64,000 nt of DNA from Chloroflexota bacterium (GTDB lineage Bacteria > Chloroflexota > UBA11872 > VXNJ01). Within the stretch, counting starts at the first letter, position 1, and each line of letters begins with the position of its first letter. The notes under the pieces were generated by a model. That model saw nothing but the letters and a program-made list of their open reading frames with translations, did no database searches and was not told where the DNA came from. Position numbers and translations under genes: made by a program. The stretch lies in assembly GCA_965261345.1 (NCBI GenBank), contig OZ253449.1:480001-544000 (forward strand). Reading direction: 5' to 3'. Below, in pieces: positions 9,727 through 18,673 of this stretch.

Positions 9727-10012
9727 GGCCGGCCCACCGGCGCATGGAAGCATCCACGTCAGGGTGCTTTTCTTTGCCCAGATTGCCGAACTGACCGGCT
9801 GTCGCCAGCGGGAATTTGCGGTCCCTGGCGGTTCAACCGCCGGCGAACTTTTCCGGCAGATCGCAATTGTGTACCCCGGCGTCGGCCAGCTCAAATCCTC
9901 ATTGCGGCTGGCTTTAAATTGCCAGTTCGTCGGAGATGACCAGCCGCTGGCCGACGGCGATGAATTCGCCCTCATTCCACCGGTCAGCGGCGGCTCCGAC
10001 GCTGCGGGTTGA
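9710..10012 (+). CDS. moaD: MoaD/ThiS-family sulfur carrier with a short extension after the GG
   Basis: VRVLFFA...LALN...LADGDEFALIPPVSGG followed by SDAAG. Start reassigned to ATG 9710. Confidence 0.85.
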   Translation: MSPINRAGPPAHGSIHVRVLFFAQIAELTGCRQREFAVPGGSTAGELFRQIAIVYPGVGQLKSSLRLALNCQFVGDDQPLADGDEFALIPPVSGGSDAAG

Positions 10013-10954
10013 ACTCCATGCTCACACCTGGTGGTCGGGAGACTGCGGGGTTCGCCCGTTGGATTTATGTACAGCTGCCCGCGACGCCGGCTTGGGTGCG
10101 ATCGCGGTAACCGATCACAATCAGATCGATGGCGCCTTCGAAGCCGCCGACTGCGGAATAATCCCGGTCATCATTGGCGAGGAGATACGCACCGCCGAGG
10201 GCGAGCTGCTGGCCTATTTCTTGAGCGATTGGATCCCGCCGGGACTCTCGCCCCAGGAGACGATCAGCCGGATCCGTGAACAGGGCGGCATCGTTTCCAT
10301 CCCGCACCCCTTCGACCGCGCCCGAAATTCAACCATGGCCCAGCACCTACTCCCCGAACTGGCCGGCCAACTGGACATGATTGAGGTATTCAACTCGCGC
10401 GTAATTGACCAGTCCCACAACCAGAACGCTATGCGACTGTGCCAAGACCACGATCGAATCGCAGGGCGGTCGGATCTGACGCCCACACCCGGGGCGAGGT
10501 CGGGGTCAGCTGGCAGGACATCGACGGGTTCGCCGGCCCCGATCAGTTCCTAAGGGCGATGGCCGGGGCCAACCTAAACACCCACATCTCCTCACCGCTG
10601 GTGCGCCTGGCATCGAATTGGCAGAAGGTGCGCAAGCGGATATTTGGCCCCGACGTCACCGGCGACGGCCGCCGCGAGGCCCGGACTGCGCCGTCCCTGA
10701 ATCTAGAGCCAGCGAAGATCAATCCAGCCCGTAACTACGGGCCTAGATGTCAAATCAAGGGATCGGGACGATACTGGGGGCGTCCAGATTGTTGCTCCGG
10801 CACCACCACCGAGTTCGCCTCGCTCAGGCCACCACCCGGTAGGTATGGCACAGCGGGATTTGGTAAGGGACAGTTCGATTGGTTTCCCGATGAAGGGAAG
10901 ACAGTGCTTTCGTCGGGGAAACTTTTTGCGCCGTGTCGGCACCAGGATAGGTGA
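9999..10954 (+). pseudogene. PHP-domain phosphoesterase, split by a frameshift near 10465
   Basis: The first frame has ELHAHT, AVTDHN, IGEEI, HPFD and IEVFN. The last PHP motif, GSDAH, lies in another frame (ORF 10439..10954). The start is uncertain (ATG 9960, ACG 9999 or CTG 10002). Confidence 0.8.
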
Positions 10955-11333
10955 CCAAGAGGACCGACCGGAAACCGGCCGCAGGCTCTACCCGCGGCGC
11001 TGAGTCGCACTGGTTCGGCGTCGGTCTCACTCTTCAAGGGCCGGTAGGTTGTGGTGGCCCTGATGTCATCTCGGGTTTTGCCTCGACAAGAGTGCGCATG
11101 CTGAGAGGGTGGCAACGCAAGAAACAGGCATTCGTCTACCACCGGGCGGCGGCGGTTGCATGGGCATGGACCCCGCTGTTGGCCGGCTCCGCGAGTTGTC
11201 CTTGCACCTTGGCATAGCGTACGCGATCCACCGTCTCACTTAGGAAATGGGCGGGACCGCGAACGGTGTTGGCGCGGCCGGCCCCGCGCTCTCAGGTGTA
11301 GTCGCAAAAAGAGGGGGCGGGTACGAAGCGCGA

Positions 11334-11531
11334 GCATGCCCGAAACGGGCCGCAGGGACCCGTTGCGCCCGACTACCCACCCAGAGCTACTCGCCCCAAC
11401 GGCTCCGCCGCCCGAAACGCCCACCGCTTGCAAAGGGTGCACGAGGCTCAAGCGAAAGCAGCACTGGATTTCTTTGGGCGGGGGATTCGTGTACGAAGCC
11501 GCATGCCCGAAACGGGCCGCAGGGACCCGTT
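11334..11531 (+). repeat. 31-bp direct repeat, two copies
   Basis: GCATGCCCGAAACGGGCCGCAGGGACCCGTT at 11334-11364 and 11501-11531, each preceded by GTACGAAGC. Confidence 0.9.
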
Positions 11532-11550
11532 CGCGTTCGCCCAACCGTCG

Positions 11551-11764
11551 CCACAACTTGCCACAACTTGCCATTGCCTTCAAGGCAATACCAGAACTCT
11601 TCGACGGTGCGATGCGCCACCGCCATCGACACGCGATTGGGGCCAAGAGTGCAATGGACCATGCTGGCGCGTTCGCTGGCCGCCAGCTCTCGGATCTCGG
11701 ACCCATCCGGCGCCAAGACATCGTACTCAGGCGGCAGGGTTAGGTGGTCGAAGCGATCTGCCAT
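11551..11764 (-). pseudogene. Truncated cupin-domain protein
   Basis: APDGSEIREL...HRTVEEFWYCLEGNGKLW is cupin motif 1. Recognisable similarity stops at the tandem duplication CCACAACTTG x2 (11551-11570) and motif 2 is absent. Confidence 0.7.
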
Positions 11765-11792
11765 CCGAGAACCAATTGGCGCTGGCGGGCGG

Positions 11793-12793
11793 TCAATTGG
11801 GGCTCAGGATTAGCGGCACAACGGCCCGCGGCGGTGGGTAACCTTCGCCCTCGGACACGTCCCCTTCGAAGACCTCAATCGAGGCGATCTGGGGTTCGGC
11901 AACTTTGTATACAACCGTGAACTGGGAGTTCGCTGGGCCATCGTAACCGCCCTCGCTGGTGTGCCCGCTGGAGATAACTTCACCGCTGCGCGCGAGTAAT
12001 TGCCACTGGACGTTCGATTCAAAAGTTCGTGAACAACCGCGGACTGTAAACCCACTTTTCACTTCCGTTCCGCCGACCGGCAGCCGAACGATGACCAGGG
12101 AGGCGTCGGGCAATCCCCCGTTACATCCGAATTCAACATCGCTAACCGGGTTCTCCTCCACAAGCGATCCCTCCGCGAGCCGGAATGTTCGGTTCTCCGG
12201 GCGCGTGGGCGTGGCGGCATACGGATCGTCGTCAAAGCGGTCCAGGATCGCAACCGTTATGGTTCGGTGGCGGAATGCGACACTCTCGATCCGGAAGCGG
12301 TCCCCGAGGAAGGCGGTGCCGAGGTCGCAGAGCCCGTCGTCCTGGTCCACCAAGGCATGCAGGTGGTAGAGCGTGCCGCTGCCGCCGGGGTTTGCGATGG
12401 TCACTGCCGCGGCGTCGAAACCGTCACTGCCGTCGATATCACCGATCGCCCACTTGCCGAGACTGATCGTCATCCCCCCATCGACAAGCGCGGTCGTGCC
12501 CGACTCGGTGTTATCGGTAAGATGGGTCGCCTGTGCAAGTTCGGCCCCGGTCGGATATTGAGGGCCAGCCGGGCCGCCGCCGCCATCGGTCAATTCGGAG
12601 TCCGGTTCGAGAGCGGGAGCGATGGGTGCCGTCGCGGGTTTCTGGACCGCGGCCGGGCACTGCCGCGGTTCGACACTGGCCTCTTCAGTCTGGACAAAAG
12701 GGTTGCACGCACACGGAGTGCGACGCCAAGCAGAAGCGCGATCATAAGCCAAAAGTGGCCTGCGGGAAGAGATTTCGGAATCGCATTATTCAT
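11793..12793 (-). pseudogene. Probable lipoprotein with C-terminal Gmad2-like Ig domain, frameshifted in the signal peptide
   Basis: The signal-like segment FWLMIALLLGVAL (ORF 12590..12793) switches frame to AC-NPF (ORF 11793..12752). The C-terminus VRGCSRTFESNVQWQL...VVPLIL resembles Gmad2. Confidence 0.6.
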
Positions 12794-12848
12794 GCCAGTT
12801 AGCCTCTACCCCATTAACGGCGAACCCCGCCATCGGACGCAGTCCGCC

Positions 12849-13988
12849 TTACGACACCAAGTGCGCCTGGAGCACGTCCTCGTCGAACTCGACTCCCAGC
12901 CCGGGGCCGGTGGGCGGGGTGATGACCCCGTTTTCCACGATCAGCGGCTCCTTGAAGATCTTTTTGTGCAGGGGCCCCACGTTGGCTTCCTGAATCAGGA
13001 AATTTGGTGAGCAGGTATCGATCTGGATCGCCGCCGCGGCGGCCACAGGCCCGCGGTACATGTGCGGCGCGATCATCGCGTAGTGCGCCTCGGCCATGCC
13101 CGCGATCTTTTTCGCCTCCGTGATGCCCCCGCACTGACCGACGTCGAGCTGAATGATCTGCGCGGCCTGTTGCTGGAGCACGCGCGCGAACTCGTACTTG
13201 GTGACCAGGCGTTCGCCGGTCGCGATCGGGATGCTGGTGTGAGCGGCAACGCGGGCCATCTCCTCGACGTTCTCCGGCATCACCGGCTCCTCAAACCAGA
13301 ATGGATGGTACGGCTCTAGGTAGTTGGCAACGCGGATCGCGCTATAGGTTGGCATCTGGCCATGGGTTCCGATCCCGACCTCCAACTGATTGCCGACCGC
13401 CTTGCGAATGCTCTCGAATATCTTGGCTGCGTGCTCGATCTCCCAGAGCGCGATGTCGCGGATGGGATGGAGGGGCATAAAAGGGTCGACCTTGCAGGCG
13501 GAGTTGCCCTCGGCCAGGAGTTGCAAGGCGACGTCGCCGGCCTTCTCAGGGTGCTTGTCAAAACCGTCGCTGGGCATGTACGCGTAGGCGCGCAGCTGCT
13601 CGTGATAACGGCCGCCAAGCAGGTTGTATATCGGCTGATTGGCAGCCTTGCCGGCGATGTCCCACAGCGCCATGTCTATCGCGCTGATCACAGGGGTCGA
13701 ATAGAGGCTGGGGTGGCGCAGATCGTGGCGAGTGCCGTACATGCGGTCCCAGATCAGCTCGATGTTGAGCGGGTTTTCGCCCAGCACGAACTGGCCTACG
13801 AACTCCTCGATCAGGGTGACCTGCGACTTCAGATCGCCGGGATGGTTGGAGTATGAACTGCCGGCGATGCGCTCACCGATCCCGGTGATTCCTTCATCGG
13901 TCTGGAGTTCGAGGAAGAGGAAGTACCGGCCGCCGATGTAGGGCGGTTCTGCCTCGACGACCATCGTCTTGAGCTCAGTGACTTTCAT
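12849..13988 (-). CDS. Mandelate racemase/muconate lactonizing enzyme family (DgoD-like)
   Basis: TDEGITGIGE, SAIDMALWDIAGK, YNLLGG, KVDPF, WFEEP, PIATGERL, PGLGVE. Confidence 0.92.
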   Translation of the reverse strand: MKVTELKTMVVEAEPPYIGGRYFLFLELQTDEGITGIGERIAGSSYSNHPGDLKSQVTLIEEFVGQFVLGENPLNIELIWDRMYGTRHDLRHPSLYSTPVISAIDMALWDIAGKAANQPIYNLLGGRYHEQLRAYAYMPSDGFDKHPEKAGDVALQLLAEGNSACKVDPFMPLHPIRDIALWEIEHAAKIFESIRKAVGNQLEVGIGTHGQMPTYSAIRVANYLEPYHPFWFEEPVMPENVEEMARVAAHTSIPIATGERLVTKYEFARVLQQQAAQIIQLDVGQCGGITEAKKIAGMAEAHYAMIAPHMYRGPVAAAAAIQIDTCSPNFLIQEANVGPLHKKIFKEPLIVENGVITPPTGPGLGVEFDEDVLQAHLVS

Positions 13989-14207
13989 CGCGCCCCCCGT
14001 CGCCGCCCGGGAATGCCAGTCTCCCGGTAGCGCGGCTCGAATCCGATCTTAACTAAGGTACAGGGGTAGCAGCGAGGATGAGGACCGGAGTTTTTGCCCT
14101 GGTGCGGCGACCACGTTTACCTGCCGCCCCAAAATGACCAAGGCGCTAACGGCAGATCGGTGGGAAAGGCCCATCAGATTAAAGGACCAACCGGGTCATT
14201 GCCGGAA

Positions 14208-14792
14208 CTAACGCCGGCTTGTCTGACGGTAAACATGGCAAATCCGCTGGAACGCGGTGAAATTGGTAACAACCGCCAGCACCCAGATTACCGGCAACAA
14301 TAAATACGTCGAAAAGACCAAGGCCACACCAAGGATGATTAGGCGTTCGGGTCGTTGCAAAATCCCGACCGTGCATTCGATCCCGAGCCCTTCGGCCCGC
14401 GCCCGGCAATACGAAACCATCAGCGAACCGCTCAATGCCAGCAGCGAGCCCATGACCCCCAGCCGGGTGCCGGTCTCGGCGAAGTACCAGGCAGATCCGG
14501 CGAAAAAGAAGATCTCGACGTAACGATCGAGGACCGAATCAAGAAATGCCCCGAACTTTGAGGCGCTCCCCTGCAACCGGGCCAGCGCGCCATCAAGTGA
14601 ATCGAGCGCCGACACCGGCAGCAGCAGCAATCCCGCAAACAGATGTTGGTCGAAAGCGATCAGCGCCGCCGGGGCCAGATTGAGGCCGCTGCCGATAAGC
14701 GTGACGGCATTGGGGGTCAACGGAGTTCGATCCACTATCCGGGCCAAACCGGTCATGATGGCCTTAAAGCGCGATTGGGCCTTCTGCCACAT
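14208..14792 (-). CDS. pgsA: CDP-alcohol phosphatidyltransferase, probable phosphatidylinositol(-phosphate) synthase
   Basis: TPNAVT, DSLDGALAR...GAFLDSVLDR, VSYCRARAEGLG and GILQRPERL (PIPS-type). Adjacent to pimA and patA. Confidence 0.85.
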   Translation of the reverse strand: MWQKAQSRFKAIMTGLARIVDRTPLTPNAVTLIGSGLNLAPAALIAFDQHLFAGLLLLPVSALDSLDGALARLQGSASKFGAFLDSVLDRYVEIFFFAGSAWYFAETGTRLGVMGSLLALSGSLMVSYCRARAEGLGIECTVGILQRPERLIILGVALVFSTYLLLPVIWVLAVVTNFTAFQRICHVYRQTSRR

Positions 14793-16018
14793 TAAGCGCC
14801 GTAGGCCAATGGCGTGTGGATCTCGGATTCGCCAGCCCGTAGGCGCAATCGCGAACGGAGCAACTCCAAGTAATAGTCCATCACCCGAGTGGCCACCACT
14901 TCCCAGGAAAAGTCGCCAACCCGCTGGCGGCCGGCCTCGCGGAAACGTTCGGCGGTGTCGGGGTGTTGGAGGAGGCGCAAAATTCCGCGGGCCAGCGCGC
15001 GCTTGTCGTCGGGTGCGCAGTAAAGAACCGCCGACCCATCGGGCGAGACCGTGCGGTAGCCAGGGATGTCGGAAGCGATCACCGGAATGCCGGCGGCCAT
15101 TGCCTCCATCAGGATAATCCCCTGGCTCTCACGGGCCGACCCCTGAGCCGGTGCGATTAGCATGTCGGACGATTGCAAATAAGCCCGCTTTTGCACCTCG
15201 GAAACGCGGCCGGTAAACAGGCTGTCTTCGATCCCGATGCGCCGCAGGCGGCGCTGGGCTCGGTGCAATTGGTTCTGGTCGTAGGCCCCGACCACCACCA
15301 GGCGCGCATCGGGCCGGATGCGCCGAACGATTTCCATCGCGTCGATTAGCGCCGGCAGGCCCTTGCGCTTTTCCAGGCGCCCCAGAAACATGATAGAAGG
15401 CCGACCGTTGGCCAGTTCAGGGATCGGTTCGGCGCGTTCGCCGAACCACTCCTGGTCGATCCCATTGGGGATGATTCGGTATTCGCCCGGGAAGGCCCGC
15501 CAGACGAAGTCGCGGGCCGCGGACGAGACCGCGATCTTGCCGTCCAAGCGGCGGTGGAACCGCGCCAACAACGGTTTGTAGGCCCGATATACGGTCGATG
15601 TTCGGCGGGTGGCATGGAAAGTTCCCACGTTGACCGCCTTGGACAGGCGCAGGACCTGCAGCGGCAACACCGGCGCCATCGGCTCGTGAATGTGAACCAC
15701 GTCAAACCCGCCGCCCTCGGCCAGTTCGCGCTTGATCGCCCGTTGCATGGTTGGCGAAAAGGTGAGCCTGGCGATCGATCCGTTGGATCGGACTGGCACA
15801 ATCGCCTTGGACATGCGCACCAGACCTGGCGTTTCGGCGCTGGTGGCGGCCGAAGAGCTAGGCGCCAAGATCTTTACCACGTGGCCGCGACGGCTAAAAA
15901 TCGCTGCCAAGTTGCTTACGTGTGCGCTCACTCCGCCGGGAACCGCAAAGTCGTACGGGGACACTAGGCAGATTCGCAAGCACTCCGGATCGAAGGGGCG
16001 GCTGCGCACGCCTAGCAT
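14792..16018 (-). CDS. pimA: GT4 glycosyltransferase, PimA-like phosphatidylinositol mannosyltransferase
   Basis: ICLVSPYDFAVPGGV, VRSNGSIARL, DVVHIHEP, VGTFH, IAVS, IIPNG, FLGRLEKRKG, ESQGIILMEAMAAG. Start reassigned to ATG 16018. Confidence 0.8.
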   Translation of the reverse strand: MLGVRSRPFDPECLRICLVSPYDFAVPGGVSAHVSNLAAIFSRRGHVVKILAPSSSAATSAETPGLVRMSKAIVPVRSNGSIARLTFSPTMQRAIKRELAEGGGFDVVHIHEPMAPVLPLQVLRLSKAVNVGTFHATRRTSTVYRAYKPLLARFHRRLDGKIAVSSAARDFVWRAFPGEYRIIPNGIDQEWFGERAEPIPELANGRPSIMFLGRLEKRKGLPALIDAMEIVRRIRPDARLVVVGAYDQNQLHRAQRRLRRIGIEDSLFTGRVSEVQKRAYLQSSDMLIAPAQGSARESQGIILMEAMAAGIPVIASDIPGYRTVSPDGSAVLYCAPDDKRALARGILRLLQHPDTAERFREAGRQRVGDFSWEVVATRVMDYYLELLRSRLRLRAGESEIHTPLAYGA

Positions 16019-16052
16019 CGGCGGCCAAATCTTCGATTGGTTTTCGCGAACA

Positions 16053-16931
16053 TCACCGGGCGGGCCAGAAATTGCGGAACTGGTACCACTGGTCGGGCGC
16101 TGGCGCGATGAGCATCTCCAGGCTGGTGCTGGTTTGCTGCAGCAGCCTGGCAATTTCGCGATCCGGGGGCGCCGATCGGTCGGGCCGAATCGGATCGGCA
16201 ACCCGCAGGATCGCCATTCCCGATTGGCCACGGTAGACGACTATCGGCAGGATGGTGGCGTCGGTCCGCAGCGCCAATTTCGCCACGCCGGCCGGAATCT
16301 TGGTCAGGCGCCCGAACCAATTAACCGGGCCACCACCATCGATCAGCGGGCGATCCACCAGGATCGCCAGGTGGCCGTTCCGGCGCAGGATCCTAAACAT
16401 CTCCCGGATATCGCGCCTCATGTCGAGTGATTTCATCCCCAGGTGTTCACGCAGGCGCCGAAAAACCTCGGTTAGGCCGGGGGCCGAAAAATTCTGCTGA
16501 ACCACGTAGACATCGGCCAGGGTCGCGGCCCAGGATGCCGCCGCATCCCAGGTACCGAAATGACAGGTGGCAAAAATTACCCGACCGTCGCGGAGCAGAT
16601 TGGTTGAGTGCTCACGCGTCCGGGGCGACCAGAAACTTACCTTCCGCCGCAACTCTTCCGGTGGGGCCAGGTAAGCGTCTCCCATCATCAGCGCCTGGAG
16701 CAGGTAATTTTCAACCGACCGCCGGGCGGCATTTTTGACCGCCGGATCGCCGGGTTGCAAATTGAGCATGATCGCCATGTTCGCGGTGGTTGCTTTGCGC
16801 AGCCGCGCCGACAGCTTGAAGACGATGTGAGCAGCCAGTTTGGCGCCCGGTCCCTTCACCGACCAGGGGATCCAACTGAAAAATCGACAGCCACCTTCAA
16901 AGAGAGTCAACCAGAACCACCATTGGCGCAT
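16053..16931 (-). CDS. PatA/LpxL-family acyltransferase (phosphatidylinositol mannoside acyltransferase-like)
   Basis: HFGTWD acyltransferase motif, AILVDR, VNWFG, PAGVAKLA, PDQWY. Adjacent to pimA. Confidence 0.8.
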   Translation of the reverse strand: MRQWWFWLTLFEGGCRFFSWIPWSVKGPGAKLAAHIVFKLSARLRKATTANMAIMLNLQPGDPAVKNAARRSVENYLLQALMMGDAYLAPPEELRRKVSFWSPRTREHSTNLLRDGRVIFATCHFGTWDAAASWAATLADVYVVQQNFSAPGLTEVFRRLREHLGMKSLDMRRDIREMFRILRRNGHLAILVDRPLIDGGGPVNWFGRLTKIPAGVAKLALRTDATILPIVVYRGQSGMAILRVADPIRPDRSAPPDREIARLLQQTSTSLEMLIAPAPDQWYQFRNFWPAR

Positions 16932-18472
16932 TAGTTGGCCACCTCCACCGCCCGGGTTTCGCGGATAACGGTTACCCGTACCTGACCCGGGTTGGTCATT
17001 TCCTCCTCAACCTGAGCGGCGATTGCGCGGGCGATCCGCAAGGCCCCTAATTCGTCGACATCGCCGGGATCGACAGCTATCCGCAATTCCCGGCCGGCCT
17101 GCAGGGCGAAGGAGTTGACCACGCCCTCGAATGAATTAGCGATCTGCTCTAACGTCTCAAGGCGATGCAGGAAAAGCTCGCTGGTCTCGCGCCGCGCGCC
17201 AGGACGCGAGGAGGAGATTGCATCGGCGGCCGCCACCACGAAGGCCTCGGCAGTCGACGGGTATACCTCGTAATGGTGGGCTTCGACGGTGTGAGCGACC
17301 GCATCGGGAACCCCGCAGCGGCGGCAGCGCTCTGCGCCGATGAGGGCGTGTTTGCCTTCAACCTCGTGCGACAACGCCTTGCCGATGTCGTGGAGCAGAC
17401 CGCCGGCGCGCGCCACTTTGCTGTCGCCGCCCATCTCGGCGGCCAGGACTCCGGCCAGATGGGCGACCTCCACCGAGTGGGAGAGCACGTTCTGGCCATA
17501 GCTGCTCCGGTAGTTCAGATTGCCCAACAGGGTCACCAGATCCTGGTGCAGCTTGGGCACCTTGGCCTCAAAGCAAGCCCGTTCGCCAGCCTCGCGGATG
17601 GATTTGCGGACCGCCACCCGGGCGCGGTTGAAGTGCTGATCGATGCTCACCGGATGCACCCGGCCGTCTTCGATCAGGCTCACCAGGGTGCGACGGGCGA
17701 TTTCGCGGCGGATCGGGTCGTGCGATGAGAGAGTGACCGCTTCCGGCGTGTCGTCGATAAGCAGATCGACTCCGGTGGCGGCCTCAAATGCGCGGATATT
17801 GCGACCCTCGCGGCCGATGATCTGGCCCTTCGACTCGTCGCCCGGTAACTTTACAGTCGAGGTGGTAGCACTTTGGGTAACCGCCGAAGCGACCCGTTGC
17901 AAGCTGTTGGCGACCAACCAGCGGGCGCGGCTTTCGGCTTCCTGGCGGGCCTGCACCACGCTGTTGCGGGCGATCTGATTAGCCAAATCGCGCGATTCGT
18001 CGGCGACCTGTTCAACCAGCAGCTTCTGCGCTTCGGCCTGGGTCATCTGCGCGATTTCCTCCAACCGCTGGGTCTGTTCAGCCTGGCGCTGTTCGACATT
18101 CTTAGTCTGCCGAGCCAGCTCCCCTTCGCGATCGCGGATCTCCTCCTCGAGCCGCTCGCCGGCTTCGGTGCGTCGATCTAGGCGCTGCTGCCGGCGCTGC
18201 AGTTCGCGATTGCGTTGGCGCAATTCACGCCTTTGGTCGGAGAGCTGTTGTTCGACACTATCCCGCAGCACGTTGGCCTGGTTGGTGGCCTCGGCAATGA
18301 GCTCGCGCTGCTTTTTTTCAACCTTGGCGAGCTCGGATTCAAGATTTAGCGAAAAAACATCAGCCTGGCGGCGCGCAATTAGCAGCTGCAGCAAATACCC
18401 GCCGGCCAACGCGATCAGGGCCACCGCGACCATAATGATCGCAATCGTGACCCAGTCGTCTAGCAAGGACAT
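16931..18472 (-). CDS. rny: Ribonuclease Y
   Basis: N-terminal TM, coiled coil, KH domain (KGQIIGREGRNIR), HD domain (SYGQNVLSH...LLHDIGKA), C-terminal VTVIRETRA. Confidence 0.97.
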   Translation of the reverse strand: MSLLDDWVTIAIIMVAVALIALAGGYLLQLLIARRQADVFSLNLESELAKVEKKQRELIAEATNQANVLRDSVEQQLSDQRRELRQRNRELQRRQQRLDRRTEAGERLEEEIRDREGELARQTKNVEQRQAEQTQRLEEIAQMTQAEAQKLLVEQVADESRDLANQIARNSVVQARQEAESRARWLVANSLQRVASAVTQSATTSTVKLPGDESKGQIIGREGRNIRAFEAATGVDLLIDDTPEAVTLSSHDPIRREIARRTLVSLIEDGRVHPVSIDQHFNRARVAVRKSIREAGERACFEAKVPKLHQDLVTLLGNLNYRSSYGQNVLSHSVEVAHLAGVLAAEMGGDSKVARAGGLLHDIGKALSHEVEGKHALIGAERCRRCGVPDAVAHTVEAHHYEVYPSTAEAFVVAAADAISSSRPGARRETSELFLHRLETLEQIANSFEGVVNSFALQAGRELRIAVDPGDVDELGALRIARAIAAQVEEEMTNPGQVRVTVIRETRAVEVAN

Positions 18473-18673
18473 GAGAGTTCCCCCCGTCTGGGTGGGGATG
18501 AAGGTCTGCCGCCCGCCTTGGTTGCGACGGGCGCGGTGATACCGCGCTGGCCGAGATTATTGGGGGTAGGAATTGCGGCGGGAGAGTCATCGGCGAGGCC
18601 CAAGAGCCTCTATTGTTATCTGAAATTGATTATCCATCACGGTTCGGACAGCGCCGCCCGATCGGTGACCCGC

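Noticed and set aside
10750-11240. Short ORFs on both strands between the PHP and cupin genes
   Set aside because: No recognisable motifs or consistent starts; they look like chance ORFs in GC-rich DNA.
11334-11531. CRISPR array
   Set aside because: Only two repeats with a 136-bp gap and no cas genes.
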